Below are positions 11,201 to 21,281 of a stretch of 24,000 nt of DNA, in pieces. How positions within the stretch are numbered: the first letter of the stretch is position 1; each line of letters starts with the position of its first letter. The DNA is taken from NCBI RefSeq assembly GCF_988243245.1, contig NZ_OZ547152.1, one strand, 5' to 3'. A program made the position numbers and the translations under genes. A model generated the notes under the pieces. It searched no databases and had not been told where the DNA came from. It saw only the letters and a program-made list of their open reading frames with translations.

Positions 11201-12088
11201 ATGCCTGGTTCATTACGTAAAATGCCGGTCTGGTTACCAATAGTCATATTGCTCGTTGCCATGGCGTCTATTCAGGGTGGAGCCTCGTTAGCTAAGTCAC
11301 TTTTTCCTCTGGTGGGCGCACCGGGGGTCACTGCGCTGCGTCTGGCATTAGGCACGCTGATCCTCATCGCGTTCTTTAAGCCATGGCGACTGCGCTTTGC
11401 CAAAGAGCAACGATTACCGCTGTTGTTTTACGGCGTTTCGCTGGGTGGAATGAATTATCTTTTTTATCTTTCTATTCAGACGGTACCGCTGGGTATTGCG
11501 GTGGCGCTGGAGTTCACCGGACCACTGGCGGTGGCACTGTTCTCTTCTCGTCGCCCGGTAGATTTCGTCTGGGTTGTGCTGGCGGTTCTTGGTCTGTGGT
11601 TCCTGCTACCGCTGGGGCAAGACGTTTCCCATGTCGATTTAACCGGCTGTGCACTGGCACTGGGGGCCGGGGCTTGTTGGGCTATTTACATTTTAAGTGG
11701 GCAACGCGCTGGAGCGGAACATGGTCCTGCGACGGTGGCAATTGGTTCGTTGATTGCAGCGTTAATTTTCGTGCCAATTGGAGCGCTTCAGGCTGGTGAA
11801 GCACTCTGGCACTGGTCGGTTATTCCATTGGGTCTGGCTGTCGCTATTCTCTCGACCGCTCTGCCTTATTCGCTGGAAATGATTGCCCTCACCCGTTTGC
11901 CAACACGCACATTTGGTACGCTAATGAGCATGGAACCTGCGCTGGCTGCCGTTTCCGGGATGATTTTCCTCGGAGAAACACTGACACCCATACAGCTGCT
12001 GGCGCTCGGCGCTATCATCGCCGCTTCAATGGGTTCTACGCTGACAGTACGCAAAGAGAGCAAAATAAAAGAATTAGACATAAATTAA
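11201..12088 (+). CDS. rhtA: Threonine/homoserine exporter RhtA (EamA/DMT family), 295 aa
   Basis: Ten-helix DMT transporter starting MPGSLRKMPVW. ATG at 11201 has GAGAAAGG upstream; the ORF-track GTG at 11189 is less likely. Confidence 0.95.
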   Translation: MPGSLRKMPVWLPIVILLVAMASIQGGASLAKSLFPLVGAPGVTALRLALGTLILIAFFKPWRLRFAKEQRLPLLFYGVSLGGMNYLFYLSIQTVPLGIAVALEFTGPLAVALFSSRRPVDFVWVVLAVLGLWFLLPLGQDVSHVDLTGCALALGAGACWAIYILSGQRAGAEHGPATVAIGSLIAALIFVPIGALQAGEALWHWSVIPLGLAVAILSTALPYSLEMIALTRLPTRTFGTLMSMEPALAAVSGMIFLGETLTPIQLLALGAIIAASMGSTLTVRKESKIKELDIN

Positions 12089-12213
12089 ATTTACATTTCT
12101 GCATGGTTATGCATAACCATGCAGATTTTCTCGCTACTTTTCCTCTACGCCGTCTTTATATATCGAATTATGCAAAAGCATATTTATTCCGAAAATTCCT
12201 GGCGAGCAAATAA

Positions 12214-12891
<678 letters not shown>

Positions 12892-12932
12892 ATCCATCGC
12901 TGATGGTGCAGAACTTTAGTACACGATAAAAG

Positions 12933-12963
12933 CGGCTTCCTGACAGGAGGCCGTTTTGTTTTG
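12933..12963 (+). terminator. Rho-independent terminator of dps
   Basis: CGGCTTCCT-gac-AGGAGGCCG followed by TTTTGTTTTG. Confidence 0.8.
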
Positions 12964-13122
12964 TAGCCCGCCTCAACGCACTTATTTAGTGCATCCATCT
13001 GCTATCACCAGCTGGTTAAGTAAATTTTTTGTATCCACATCATCACACAATCGTTACATAAAGATTGTTTTTTCATCAGGTTTTACGCTAAATAATCACT
13101 GTGTTGAGTGCACAATTTTAGC

Positions 13123-13137
13123 GCACCAGTTTGGTGC
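13123..13137. promoter_or_regulatory. Probable NtrC binding site upstream of glnH
   Basis: GCACC-agttt-GGTGC matches the NtrC consensus GCACC-N5-GGTGC. Confidence 0.65.
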
Positions 13138-13224
13138 CCCAGAATGGTGCATCTTCAGGGTATTGCCCTATAAATCGTGCATCACGTTTTTGCCGCATCT
13201 CGAAAAATCAATGAGTTGCAAAAC

Positions 13225-13240
13225 TGGCACGATTTTTTCA
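13225..13240 (+). promoter_or_regulatory. Probable sigma-54 promoter of glnH (glnHp2)
   Basis: TGGCACGATTTTTTCA about 55 bp upstream of the glnH ATG, downstream of the NtrC-like site. Confidence 0.65.
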
Positions 13241-13279
13241 TATATGTGAATGTCACGCAGGGGATCGTCCCGTGGATAG

Positions 13280-14041
<762 letters not shown>

Positions 14042-14269
14042 TAACGCGGCGCCTGTAAAGCGCACTGGCAGTTCCCTCTCCCCGCCGGGGAGGATCTATT
14101 AAGTTCTGTTGCTATCAACTGATTTCAACAGAACTCTATCCTCTCCCTTCAACAGCTTTTAAAATAAGGCATTATCAGAAATCTCTCCTCTCTGGATGTC
14201 AACCATCTTCCATGTGCATCAAGATAATTTTGGGGGCTATTATGGGGGCTACTTTTCGGGATTAACATT

Positions 14270-15448
14270 ATGCCACTTACTGTTCGACAAATTGAGTCAG
14301 CTAAACCCGCTGACAAGGATTACAAACTTTCCGACGGTCAGGGACTTTATCTTCTTGTCAAAAAATCCGGTTCCCGTTACTGGAATCTGAAGTACCGTTT
14401 TGCCGGTAAGGAAAAGAAACTGGTGATTGGTGTCTATCCTGACATATCTCTGGCTCAGGCGCGTCAGAAACGGGATGAAGCGCGTAAACTCCTGGCTGAA
14501 GGAAAGGACCCGTCATATGAGAAACAGGCGCTAAAATTTGCCATCAGGGAGAGTATGGCCTGCACATTCCGCACCATTGCAGAGGAACTGCTTACCCATA
14601 TGGCACGTCGATGGACAGCAGGTTACCAGGCAGACCAGCGTGCAAGACTTGAAAATCATGTTTTCCCTGCCCTTGGAAACCGTCCTGTGACCGGGATACG
14701 TCCCATGGAAATACTGAACGTCCTGAGGGTGATTGAAGAACAGGGAAAACTTGAAGCACTGCGTAAAACACGCCAGCTCTGTGCGCAGGTTTTTGATTAT
14801 GCCATAGCAACAGGACGTGCAACTGTTAACCCAGCGTCAACACTCAGCGGGGTACTGCTTCCTCCTGAAAAACAACAGCGCAGGACACTTTCTGAAGAGC
14901 AGATGGGGGCTTTCATGCATCAGATGACGGCTTCCGGAAATCTGATGTCACTGGCAACGCGAATGCTGGTTCTTACAGCGGTTCGCACCGGAGAACTGCG
15001 GCTGGCGAGCTGGGATGAAATAAACTTCACGGAGGCCCTGTGGGTTATTCCAAAAGAAAGAATGAAAATGCGACGACCGCATGTTGTGCCGCTTTCACGT
15101 CAGGTACTGGCGTTACTGAAGGAGATAAAAACACGCACTGAATCGCGTCATTCCGCCTTTATTATTCCCGGGGCATTCAGGAAAGACCGCCCCCGGGGCC
15201 GTAAGTGTATTAATGAATTCCTTGAGCAGTCAGGCTGGCATGCCCTGACAACAGCTCACGGTTTTCGGCATACCTTCAGTACCATTCTTCATGACCATGA
15301 TTTCAGCTCGGCCTGGATTGAACTCCAGCTTGCCCACGTTGATAAAAACGTCATGCGTGGCACCTATAACCACGCGCAGTATCTCGATGGTCGCCGTGAA
15401 ATGATGCAGTGGTACGCCGACTACATTGATTCACTCTCCAGCCAGTAA
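14270..15448 (+). CDS. Tyrosine recombinase / P4-type prophage integrase with N-terminal DUF4102-like arm-binding domain, 392 aa
   Basis: Arm-binding N-terminus MPLTVRQIESAKPADKDYKLSDGQGLYLLV. Catalytic residues present in AVRTGELRL, TAHGFRHTF, ELQLAH and GTYNHAQYL. Appears intact. Confidence 0.93.
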   Translation: MPLTVRQIESAKPADKDYKLSDGQGLYLLVKKSGSRYWNLKYRFAGKEKKLVIGVYPDISLAQARQKRDEARKLLAEGKDPSYEKQALKFAIRESMACTFRTIAEELLTHMARRWTAGYQADQRARLENHVFPALGNRPVTGIRPMEILNVLRVIEEQGKLEALRKTRQLCAQVFDYAIATGRATVNPASTLSGVLLPPEKQQRRTLSEEQMGAFMHQMTASGNLMSLATRMLVLTAVRTGELRLASWDEINFTEALWVIPKERMKMRRPHVVPLSRQVLALLKEIKTRTESRHSAFIIPGAFRKDRPRGRKCINEFLEQSGWHALTTAHGFRHTFSTILHDHDFSSAWIELQLAHVDKNVMRGTYNHAQYLDGRREMMQWYADYIDSLSSQ

Positions 15449-15500
15449 AGTTAAGTCAGAAATACTTTTCCATGATACTTTTTCCTGGTTAAGTATTTTA

Positions 15501-15530
15501 CCCTCCGGCCTGCAGGGCCGGAGGGGTTTT
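15501..15530 (+). terminator. Strong Rho-independent terminator downstream of the integrase gene
   Basis: CCCTCCGGCC-tgcag-GGCCGGAGGGGTTTT, a 10-bp perfect GC stem followed by a short T-tract. Confidence 0.85.
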
Positions 15531-15872
15531 GTTATTAATTATATTTTTTCATCTGCAAAATTATCACAAAAAACATGATTGCAGACAAATTGACATTTTC
15601 AGGCTGGTGATTACAGAATATGGCCTTGCACTTATTCCGGCACCTCCAGCAAAGGAAAAATTGATTCAGATATTATTTAGCATTTCAGTCATCTGACATC
15701 ATTATAAAAAATGAAATTCATATAAAGATAATATTATTGTTATCAATGCCAGGCAGGTATGCACTGGCTTCGTAAGAAATGTTCATTCGGGGGCCAGGAC
15801 AGAGCCTGATACACAGCATCTCAACCTTTATGCTCCCGGACCATATCACCACAGGTTTTACAGGCTCAGAAA

Positions 15873-16913
15873 ATGAATGACAGATTACGCTTTGAAGTGA
15901 ACGATAACCAGGGGTGGTTCGTATTCCCGGACGCCTGGTTCGGCCCGTTGCTGGATGAGTTTGACGAACTGCTTGATGCATACGACGCGGATGAAATCAG
16001 CGAAACAAGTTATATCAACAAACTCAGGCGTCTTTCCCGACAGGAGCCTGACTTTATTGATGTCCACGCTCACCTGGCATACGTATTTCTGGAACAAAAC
16101 TCTCCGCGTAAGGCACTGAACGCTGCGCTTAAAGGAATGGTGGTTGCTAATCGCCTTATACCTGAAAGTTTCAGCGGTGAAATCATCTGGATGAATCCGC
16201 AAAACCGGCCTTATCTGCGCGCCCTTTATGCAACAATTCTCGCAAATGTGCACTTACAGCGTCACCGGCATGCTGTCATGCTCATTGAAAAAATACTGGC
16301 GTACAACCCCGAAGATAATCAGGGAGCACGCTGGTTGCTGGGGTCGGAACTGTTACGTGCTGGCGACCATGAGCGCGCACTCCGTGTACTGAAATCGCAT
16401 ACCGGTGAATTCTCACCCTGCTGGTATGAACTCGGCCTTCTGCATTTTCTGAACGGGGAACATGTTAAGGCTGCCACAGCTTTTCGCCATGGCTTTGTCA
16501 CAAACACTTACATCGCGGAAATGCTGTGCGGAAACCGGCATCCATTTCCACTTGCTGTGTGGCATAACTTTTCATGCGGTCCGGATACTGCTGAAGATTA
16601 TTATGTAACATACTCCCCATTATGGGGAGAATACCCGGAAGCACTGCTGTTTGTAAACTGGCTCTGTAACCATTCCGCTGTGCTGCATGAACGGGCAGAA
16701 ATCATGAAATGCGCCGAAATGCTGATGCAGGAAGATGATGTCGAAATATGCGAGAGGATTTTAAGACAGCAGGAAAAGTTGCTGGAAAGAATCGACGAAC
16801 GGAGTTCTGAAGAGATTGTACAGAAATGCAGAACATGGCGGGGAGAAGAAGTCTGGCCCTGGATATTGCCATTTACAGCCGGGGGAATAAATCCCTGTAT
16901 CCGGTATCAGTAA
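15873..16913 (+). CDS. Tetratricopeptide-repeat-like protein of unknown function, 346 aa
   Basis: Long ORF with repeated helical TPR-like segments (DVHAHLAYVFLEQNSPRKALNAALKG; NQGARWLLGSELLRAGDHERALRVLKSH; CWYELGLLHFLNGEHVKAATAFRHG). No signal peptide seen. Confidence 0.72.
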   Translation: MNDRLRFEVNDNQGWFVFPDAWFGPLLDEFDELLDAYDADEISETSYINKLRRLSRQEPDFIDVHAHLAYVFLEQNSPRKALNAALKGMVVANRLIPESFSGEIIWMNPQNRPYLRALYATILANVHLQRHRHAVMLIEKILAYNPEDNQGARWLLGSELLRAGDHERALRVLKSHTGEFSPCWYELGLLHFLNGEHVKAATAFRHGFVTNTYIAEMLCGNRHPFPLAVWHNFSCGPDTAEDYYVTYSPLWGEYPEALLFVNWLCNHSAVLHERAEIMKCAEMLMQEDDVEICERILRQQEKLLERIDERSSEEIVQKCRTWRGEEVWPWILPFTAGGINPCIRYQ

Positions 16914-17053
16914 ATATTGCATAGTGTATTTTTAAATAAGTAATAACTTATCTGATAATAATACAGTGAAATTCCCTTCCCCAGGTTATCGCCCTGGGGT
17001 TATTTTCTGAAAGTTTCTTTTGAAAAAATAGCGTAGTAAATTACTTTAACGAA

Positions 17054-17801
17054 TTATTCCAGGGGTTCATTAAAGTTCTTTCGCAATACGTTATAGTCAA
17101 ACACGTTATGGTTTGCATCAAAAACATCTGATTTTCCCTGCCAGCGGGTAATCACCTCCTCCAGCGTTTTCGGTTGTTCCGGCTTTGTTACCCCCATCCA
17201 TGCATTAATCAGATAATCATTATACGCAGTGGAGGAAAGCTGTATATGTGGCAAACCGGGAAGCGACTATGTAAGGATCAACTTCATTTATTTGATACTG
17301 TTTCTTCAACGCAAACTGAAAGGAAGAACATAACGCTACTGTAATTAACAATAAAAACGTGGTTACAGTGTTCTTTTTCGAAAAAAATGAAGACGATTTC
17401 TTTATTGCAGAACAGAAGAACAATAAAAAGAGGATAATAAACGCAATAACATAAACGACATACATTCTGAACATTCTTATTACTTCATCAGGCTCTGTCT
17501 GAAGGATACTGATTGCAAAACCATCATTAAATGTTGTACCGAATGTACACCATGAATACAAACTGATACTGATATCTGCCGCTGTCAGTAATGTGAACGA
17601 AAAGGCAAGAATAAAACGCAGCGTAAGCGATTTCATCGCCTTAATAATAAGAAGTGCCAGGATAAAGAATAACACCCGGTAGATCAGATGCGCGCCGGAG
17701 GATACAAGGAGATTAGAAAGGGTAAAGACAACCACTGATAACACAAGGCGCTTATCATTGTTAATCTGTGACCAGTTTATGAACGGAAGATTAATTTTCA
17801 T
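17054..17801 (-). pseudogene. Remnant of a membrane phosphoethanolamine-transferase-like (sulfatase family) gene, catalytic domain missing
   Basis: The first ORF (start ~17801) encodes about five hydrophobic helices typical of the N-terminal domain of such enzymes and stops after DPYIVASRFATYTAFLHCV*. A C-terminal-like tail follows immediately in another frame (STAYNDYLINAWMGVTKPEQPKTLEEVITRWQGKSDVFDANHNVFDYNVLRKNFNEPLE*, ending 17054). No catalytic GES(x)R..., HxxGSH or SDHG motifs are present. Confidence 0.6.
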
Positions 17802-17935
17802 AATAATTGAGAAAAAGCGATATTTCTGTCCGACGCTGGTCGCTGAATATGGCGTGGCAGGTAAATACATTTTTCTGAATAATCATAAAACGGGCATCAT
17901 CCGCCGCCACAAATGTAGCGGCGTAAACAGGATCG

Positions 17936-18151
17936 TCATGATGTTTTCTTTCGTGACAGAAGAGAACGGCACATACCGCCCGCAATCATTATCAGCAGGA
18001 ATAACATCCCCAGGACAACAATTACTCTTAATGCCGGATGAACCCGATCGGCGAGAAAAAATAACTCCATCCCGAAACCAATAACAAGCCAAGCCAGCGC
18101 CATTCCGACGAGCCCTTTTAACAGCAATCTCACGCTCCTCTCCTTCTGCAT
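17936..18151 (-). CDS. Small putative inner-membrane protein (~71 aa, two predicted helices)
   Basis: MQKERSVRLLLKGLVGMALAWLVIGFGMELFFLADRVHPALRVIVVLGMLFLLIMIAGGMCRSLLSRKKTS. Two hydrophobic stretches and positively charged ends. Start codon uncertain. Confidence 0.45.
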   Translation of the reverse strand: MQKERSVRLLLKGLVGMALAWLVIGFGMELFFLADRVHPALRVIVVLGMLFLLIMIAGGMCRSLLSRKKTS

Positions 18152-18272
18152 TCTTAACGAAAATGCCTTACAATAACAGCAACCGGGGAAGGCAACGCTG
18201 GCTGCTGAACGGTATGACATTTTACTGCTTTATGTTCTCTCAGTTTCTGTACTGACGCAGCCATTAATGGTA

Positions 18273-18539
18273 TTACAGTTTATTCAGAATAAGGCAGGCG
18301 GCCTGGTTTAATGCAATAAACTCCTGCCAGCTGTACTGAGACTGATAATTCAGTAAATACTGGTCTTCAACCCGGCAAATCTGTGGGCGTTTATCATAAA
18401 TTGCACACAGATGAGAATCAGTCTGATAGTGACGGCAAATACCGTCACCACGATCCAGACATTGCGTTTCACCAGCCCTGTTGACATGACGACAACAGGC
18501 CCCACACTGGTTACAGGGAAATGGAGGGTGTAATTTCAT
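18273..18539 (-). CDS. YkgJ-like cysteine-cluster (putative metal-chelating) protein, 88 aa
   Basis: PCNQCGACCRHV...CLDRGDGICRHYQ...CAIYDKRPQICR is the characteristic CxxCGxCC...C...C...C pattern. Confidence 0.75.
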   Translation of the reverse strand: MKLHPPFPCNQCGACCRHVNRAGETQCLDRGDGICRHYQTDSHLCAIYDKRPQICRVEDQYLLNYQSQYSWQEFIALNQAACLILNKL

Positions 18540-20107
18540 CGCTTATTTAACCAGTCGCGAACAGAAGCCACATTTCCTGACTCAAACGGCAACGCAATCC
18601 CTCGTCGGCTGACTTCCTCTCTCAGCAGAAGTCCGCGCTCTATCTCACTGTTTACGCTATCCAGATGAAGCGAAAAGTGATTTAACGCGGCAGCATCAAC
18701 AGAAAATTCCAGCGCAGTAAGTTCTACAAGATAGCGATCAAGTTCAGCATTGACTGCCTGAAAGTATTCCAGTGACCGCCGGAACTTATCCTTAAATTTG
18801 TCCAGAAATGCCCACACCCGCTGCATAACCTCGCTGTATTCGAGATAATAATTCATCACCAGCCCGAGAATACCTGTCGTCAGCGCACCACAAAAGGCAG
18901 CAAGCTCTGAACCAAATGGAAAAATAAGGAGCTGCGCCATCGCCTCATTTATCATCACCCCTCCGGCAACAGCCACACCTGCTGCTACCAGTTTAGTGAC
19001 CGCTTTGGCTAACTGCCCCGGCGATAATCCCTCCGGGTTAAACACCAAGATTTTAAAGGCCTGAACGAGATTGTTCCACATTTCCCTGATAAGCCGGACA
19101 ATCATTTTTTCCGTTGTCAGGAATATATTTAACAGCGTTGTGGTAATACCTGACAGTATCCCTCCGATGACTCCATCTTTAAAGGCAATTAAAAAAGAAC
19201 TGAATTTTTCCTGTACTCGTTTCTGGCAGACACGTAATGCTGACGTTATTTCGGACAGGCATTTGCCGGCGCTGAATGAGTTCCGTTGCTGCCTGATAAT
19301 ATGCGGGATTCGTTCCCTCAGTTCGAACCAGATCTCGGCAAGAATAAGCCCCAGCATCTGTCGCGTCCCCATACGAAAACCAGAATTAAGTGAAGCACTG
19401 GCGACAGCAGTAGCAAACTTACTACTCAGGTAATAGCTCTGATTAATCGTGGCCTCATATTTTTCCCGGGCATATTTATCAGCCCTTTCCATACGCTCAG
19501 TATCTGCATCAGCTTTTTTTCTCAGACTTATCAGACGTTTCTTTTCCTTTTCTGTCAGCGTTGCCTGAGATTCAAGCTCTGCTATCTGCCTTAACGTATC
19601 TTCTCTGTTTTTCTGCAGTGTGCAAATAAACGCATCCATTGAATCTGCTTTCTTTGATTTATTGAGCGATTCATGAGTGAATGCCAGATTTGAAGCATCA
19701 TTTGCCAGTTCTGCGCCATCCCGTTCAGCAAGAATCCTCCCCGGATCATCATGAATTTCTTTAGCGGAAATAATATGATCCAGATTTTTTTTATCGTCTG
19801 AAGCAAACACTTCGCCTGTATATGCATCAGTAAGAGTCCCTGCCTGATGTGCACGCTTTCCTTTCCGGTTCGTCGCGATGTAGTTTTCATGGCTGTGGTA
19901 ATGATGAGAATCATAGTCGCCACGACCTTCATACCGCTGTCGCTCAGCCTCCGTGGCATAAATGCCATTACGCACATTATGGATAGTGTCAACATCACCC
20001 CCCTTACGATCATTTAACAACAGAAAATCCAGCCCGAATGATGTAGCCAGGCTCTTCACCATGGTCTGATGTAACTCTTCTGTCCAGTCAAATTTTTCCA
20101 CATTCAT
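18536..20107 (-). CDS. Protein with N-terminal HNH-nuclease-like motif, coiled-coil region and C-terminal hydrophobic region, 523 aa
   Basis: DAYTGEVFASDDKKNLDHIISAKEIHDDPGR...NDASNLAFTHESLNKSKK carries the DH...N...N/H-x-x-K pattern of HNH/bba-metal nucleases. Later: Lys/Glu-rich helices, then hydrophobic stretches (LIAFKDGVIGGILSGITTTLLNIFL; VAAGVAVAGGVMI; LAAFCGALTTGILGLVMNYYL). Confidence 0.78.
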   Translation of the reverse strand: MNVEKFDWTEELHQTMVKSLATSFGLDFLLLNDRKGGDVDTIHNVRNGIYATEAERQRYEGRGDYDSHHYHSHENYIATNRKGKRAHQAGTLTDAYTGEVFASDDKKNLDHIISAKEIHDDPGRILAERDGAELANDASNLAFTHESLNKSKKADSMDAFICTLQKNREDTLRQIAELESQATLTEKEKKRLISLRKKADADTERMERADKYAREKYEATINQSYYLSSKFATAVASASLNSGFRMGTRQMLGLILAEIWFELRERIPHIIRQQRNSFSAGKCLSEITSALRVCQKRVQEKFSSFLIAFKDGVIGGILSGITTTLLNIFLTTEKMIVRLIREMWNNLVQAFKILVFNPEGLSPGQLAKAVTKLVAAGVAVAGGVMINEAMAQLLIFPFGSELAAFCGALTTGILGLVMNYYLEYSEVMQRVWAFLDKFKDKFRRSLEYFQAVNAELDRYLVELTALEFSVDAAALNHFSLHLDSVNSEIERGLLLREEVSRRGIALPFESGNVASVRDWLNKR

Positions 20108-20153
20108 GTTATTTCACTTCTTGTAAAGCCGGGCTTTAACGCCCGGTAAATCA

Positions 20154-21233
20154 TTAACTCTGGGATGAAAAATAATCAAATTTCACAACCGAACTGGCCA
20201 ATACATCATCCAGCTCATCCTTATTAATAACGTTCATTCCATTATCATCCGTTTCCATTTCAATAACGTTATCTTTTATCACTGCCTCACCATTTTCCTG
20301 TTTCCGCGGTTTAAACAGTGGCGTTGTAATAATATCCGTCATAATAGCGGCCAGTGAATATCCATGGTCAATAAGCACAATGACATCATCTGATACACTG
20401 ATATCCTGTTGTGTTGTAATAACAGAATGCATGGATTTAAGTGGCTCAAAATAGTGTTTAATAAATACAGCATGCATTCTGTTCAGTGCAGCGAGAATTT
20501 CATCAACGTATTGATTAACTTTTGCAAAATGCTCCCGGGCCAGATTCATTTTCTTAACTGCCCGTTCAACATTGCAGGCACACTGATGGGCATTTTCAAG
20601 AGCTTTCGTCGCATGTCTGTCGTAAGCCCAGCCCGCAATGGCAATCAACGGTGCAGCCACTGCAGTGCCTAATACCATTGCGCCACCAGCCATTCCCATG
20701 CCCCCTGCAGCCAGTGAGCCCCCACCAATTGCCGCCATCGTCGCGTTATAAGCCGCGGCCCCAGAAAGCGCTGCAATGGGTGTACCTGTGGAAGCCGCAG
20801 CAAATGCCATCACTCCGCTATACACAGCAAAACCCGCAGCAGCCCCGGAAACTCCGGCAGCAACGACCGTACTGAGATATTCTGTTGCTGAAATGGCCAG
20901 GTTATGAATCTTATTGATGTTATGTTGCGGGACACTCAGTTTCAGGTCTTTATTGCCCTCTTTTTCCAGACGCGCCAGGAGCTCAGCAGCAATCCTGTCG
21001 AACTCACTGAAATCTTTACCAATCTCAAGCTCTTTATTTCCGAGCGTTGTTAATTTTGATGATGTCTGAGCTTCAGCCTGCTCAAATTTTCCTTTATGCT
21101 CCTCGTAACGCTCTTTTGCTTTTTCGAGGATATCCTCTGCTTCTGACTTTTTTTGATATCCATCGTAAGCTTTTTTTCCGCCGAATGCCGCAGCGCCGGC
21201 AGCCACACCCAAAATAATAAAAGGTAACGCCAT
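20154..21233 (-). CDS. Glycine/alanine-rich putative membrane protein with N-terminal coiled coil, 359 aa
   Basis: N-terminal hydrophobic segment, then a charged helical region (EAEDILEKAKERYEEHKGKFEQAEAQ), a large Gly/Ala-rich hydrophobic core (TPIAALSGAAAYNATMAAIGGGSLAAGGMGMAGGAMVLGTAVAAPLIAIAG) and an acidic soluble tail. Confidence 0.78.
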   Translation of the reverse strand: MALPFIILGVAAGAAAFGGKKAYDGYQKKSEAEDILEKAKERYEEHKGKFEQAEAQTSSKLTTLGNKELEIGKDFSEFDRIAAELLARLEKEGNKDLKLSVPQHNINKIHNLAISATEYLSTVVAAGVSGAAAGFAVYSGVMAFAAASTGTPIAALSGAAAYNATMAAIGGGSLAAGGMGMAGGAMVLGTAVAAPLIAIAGWAYDRHATKALENAHQCACNVERAVKKMNLAREHFAKVNQYVDEILAALNRMHAVFIKHYFEPLKSMHSVITTQQDISVSDDVIVLIDHGYSLAAIMTDIITTPLFKPRKQENGEAVIKDNVIEMETDDNGMNVINKDELDDVLASSVVKFDYFSSQS

Positions 21234-21281
21234 TCTTTTCCTCCTGTACAGATTGCTTTATCATCAGTCAACTGAAATATT

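Noticed and set aside
14196-14390. 64-aa ORF overlapping the integrase start
   Set aside because: Its apparent Gly/Tyr-rich sequence comes from the TGGGGGCTA direct repeat, and it overlaps the well-supported integrase N-terminus.
17883-18092. 69-aa minus-strand ORF and the overlapping 108-aa plus-strand ORF (17758-18084)
   Set aside because: Both overlap the more plausible hydrophobic ORF or the transferase remnant in other frames and have no recognisable features.
20409-20875. Plus-strand ORFs of 87 and 74 aa opposite the 359-aa gene
   Set aside because: Low-complexity Gln/Pro-rich products arise from antisense reading of the GCA/GCC-rich hydrophobic segment.
18536-21233. A LeoABC-like dynamin/GTPase system, suggested by the nearby Tia-family protein
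   Set aside because: Neither large protein has a Walker A (GxxxxGK[ST]) or other GTPase motif, and the 523-aa protein carries an HNH-like motif instead.
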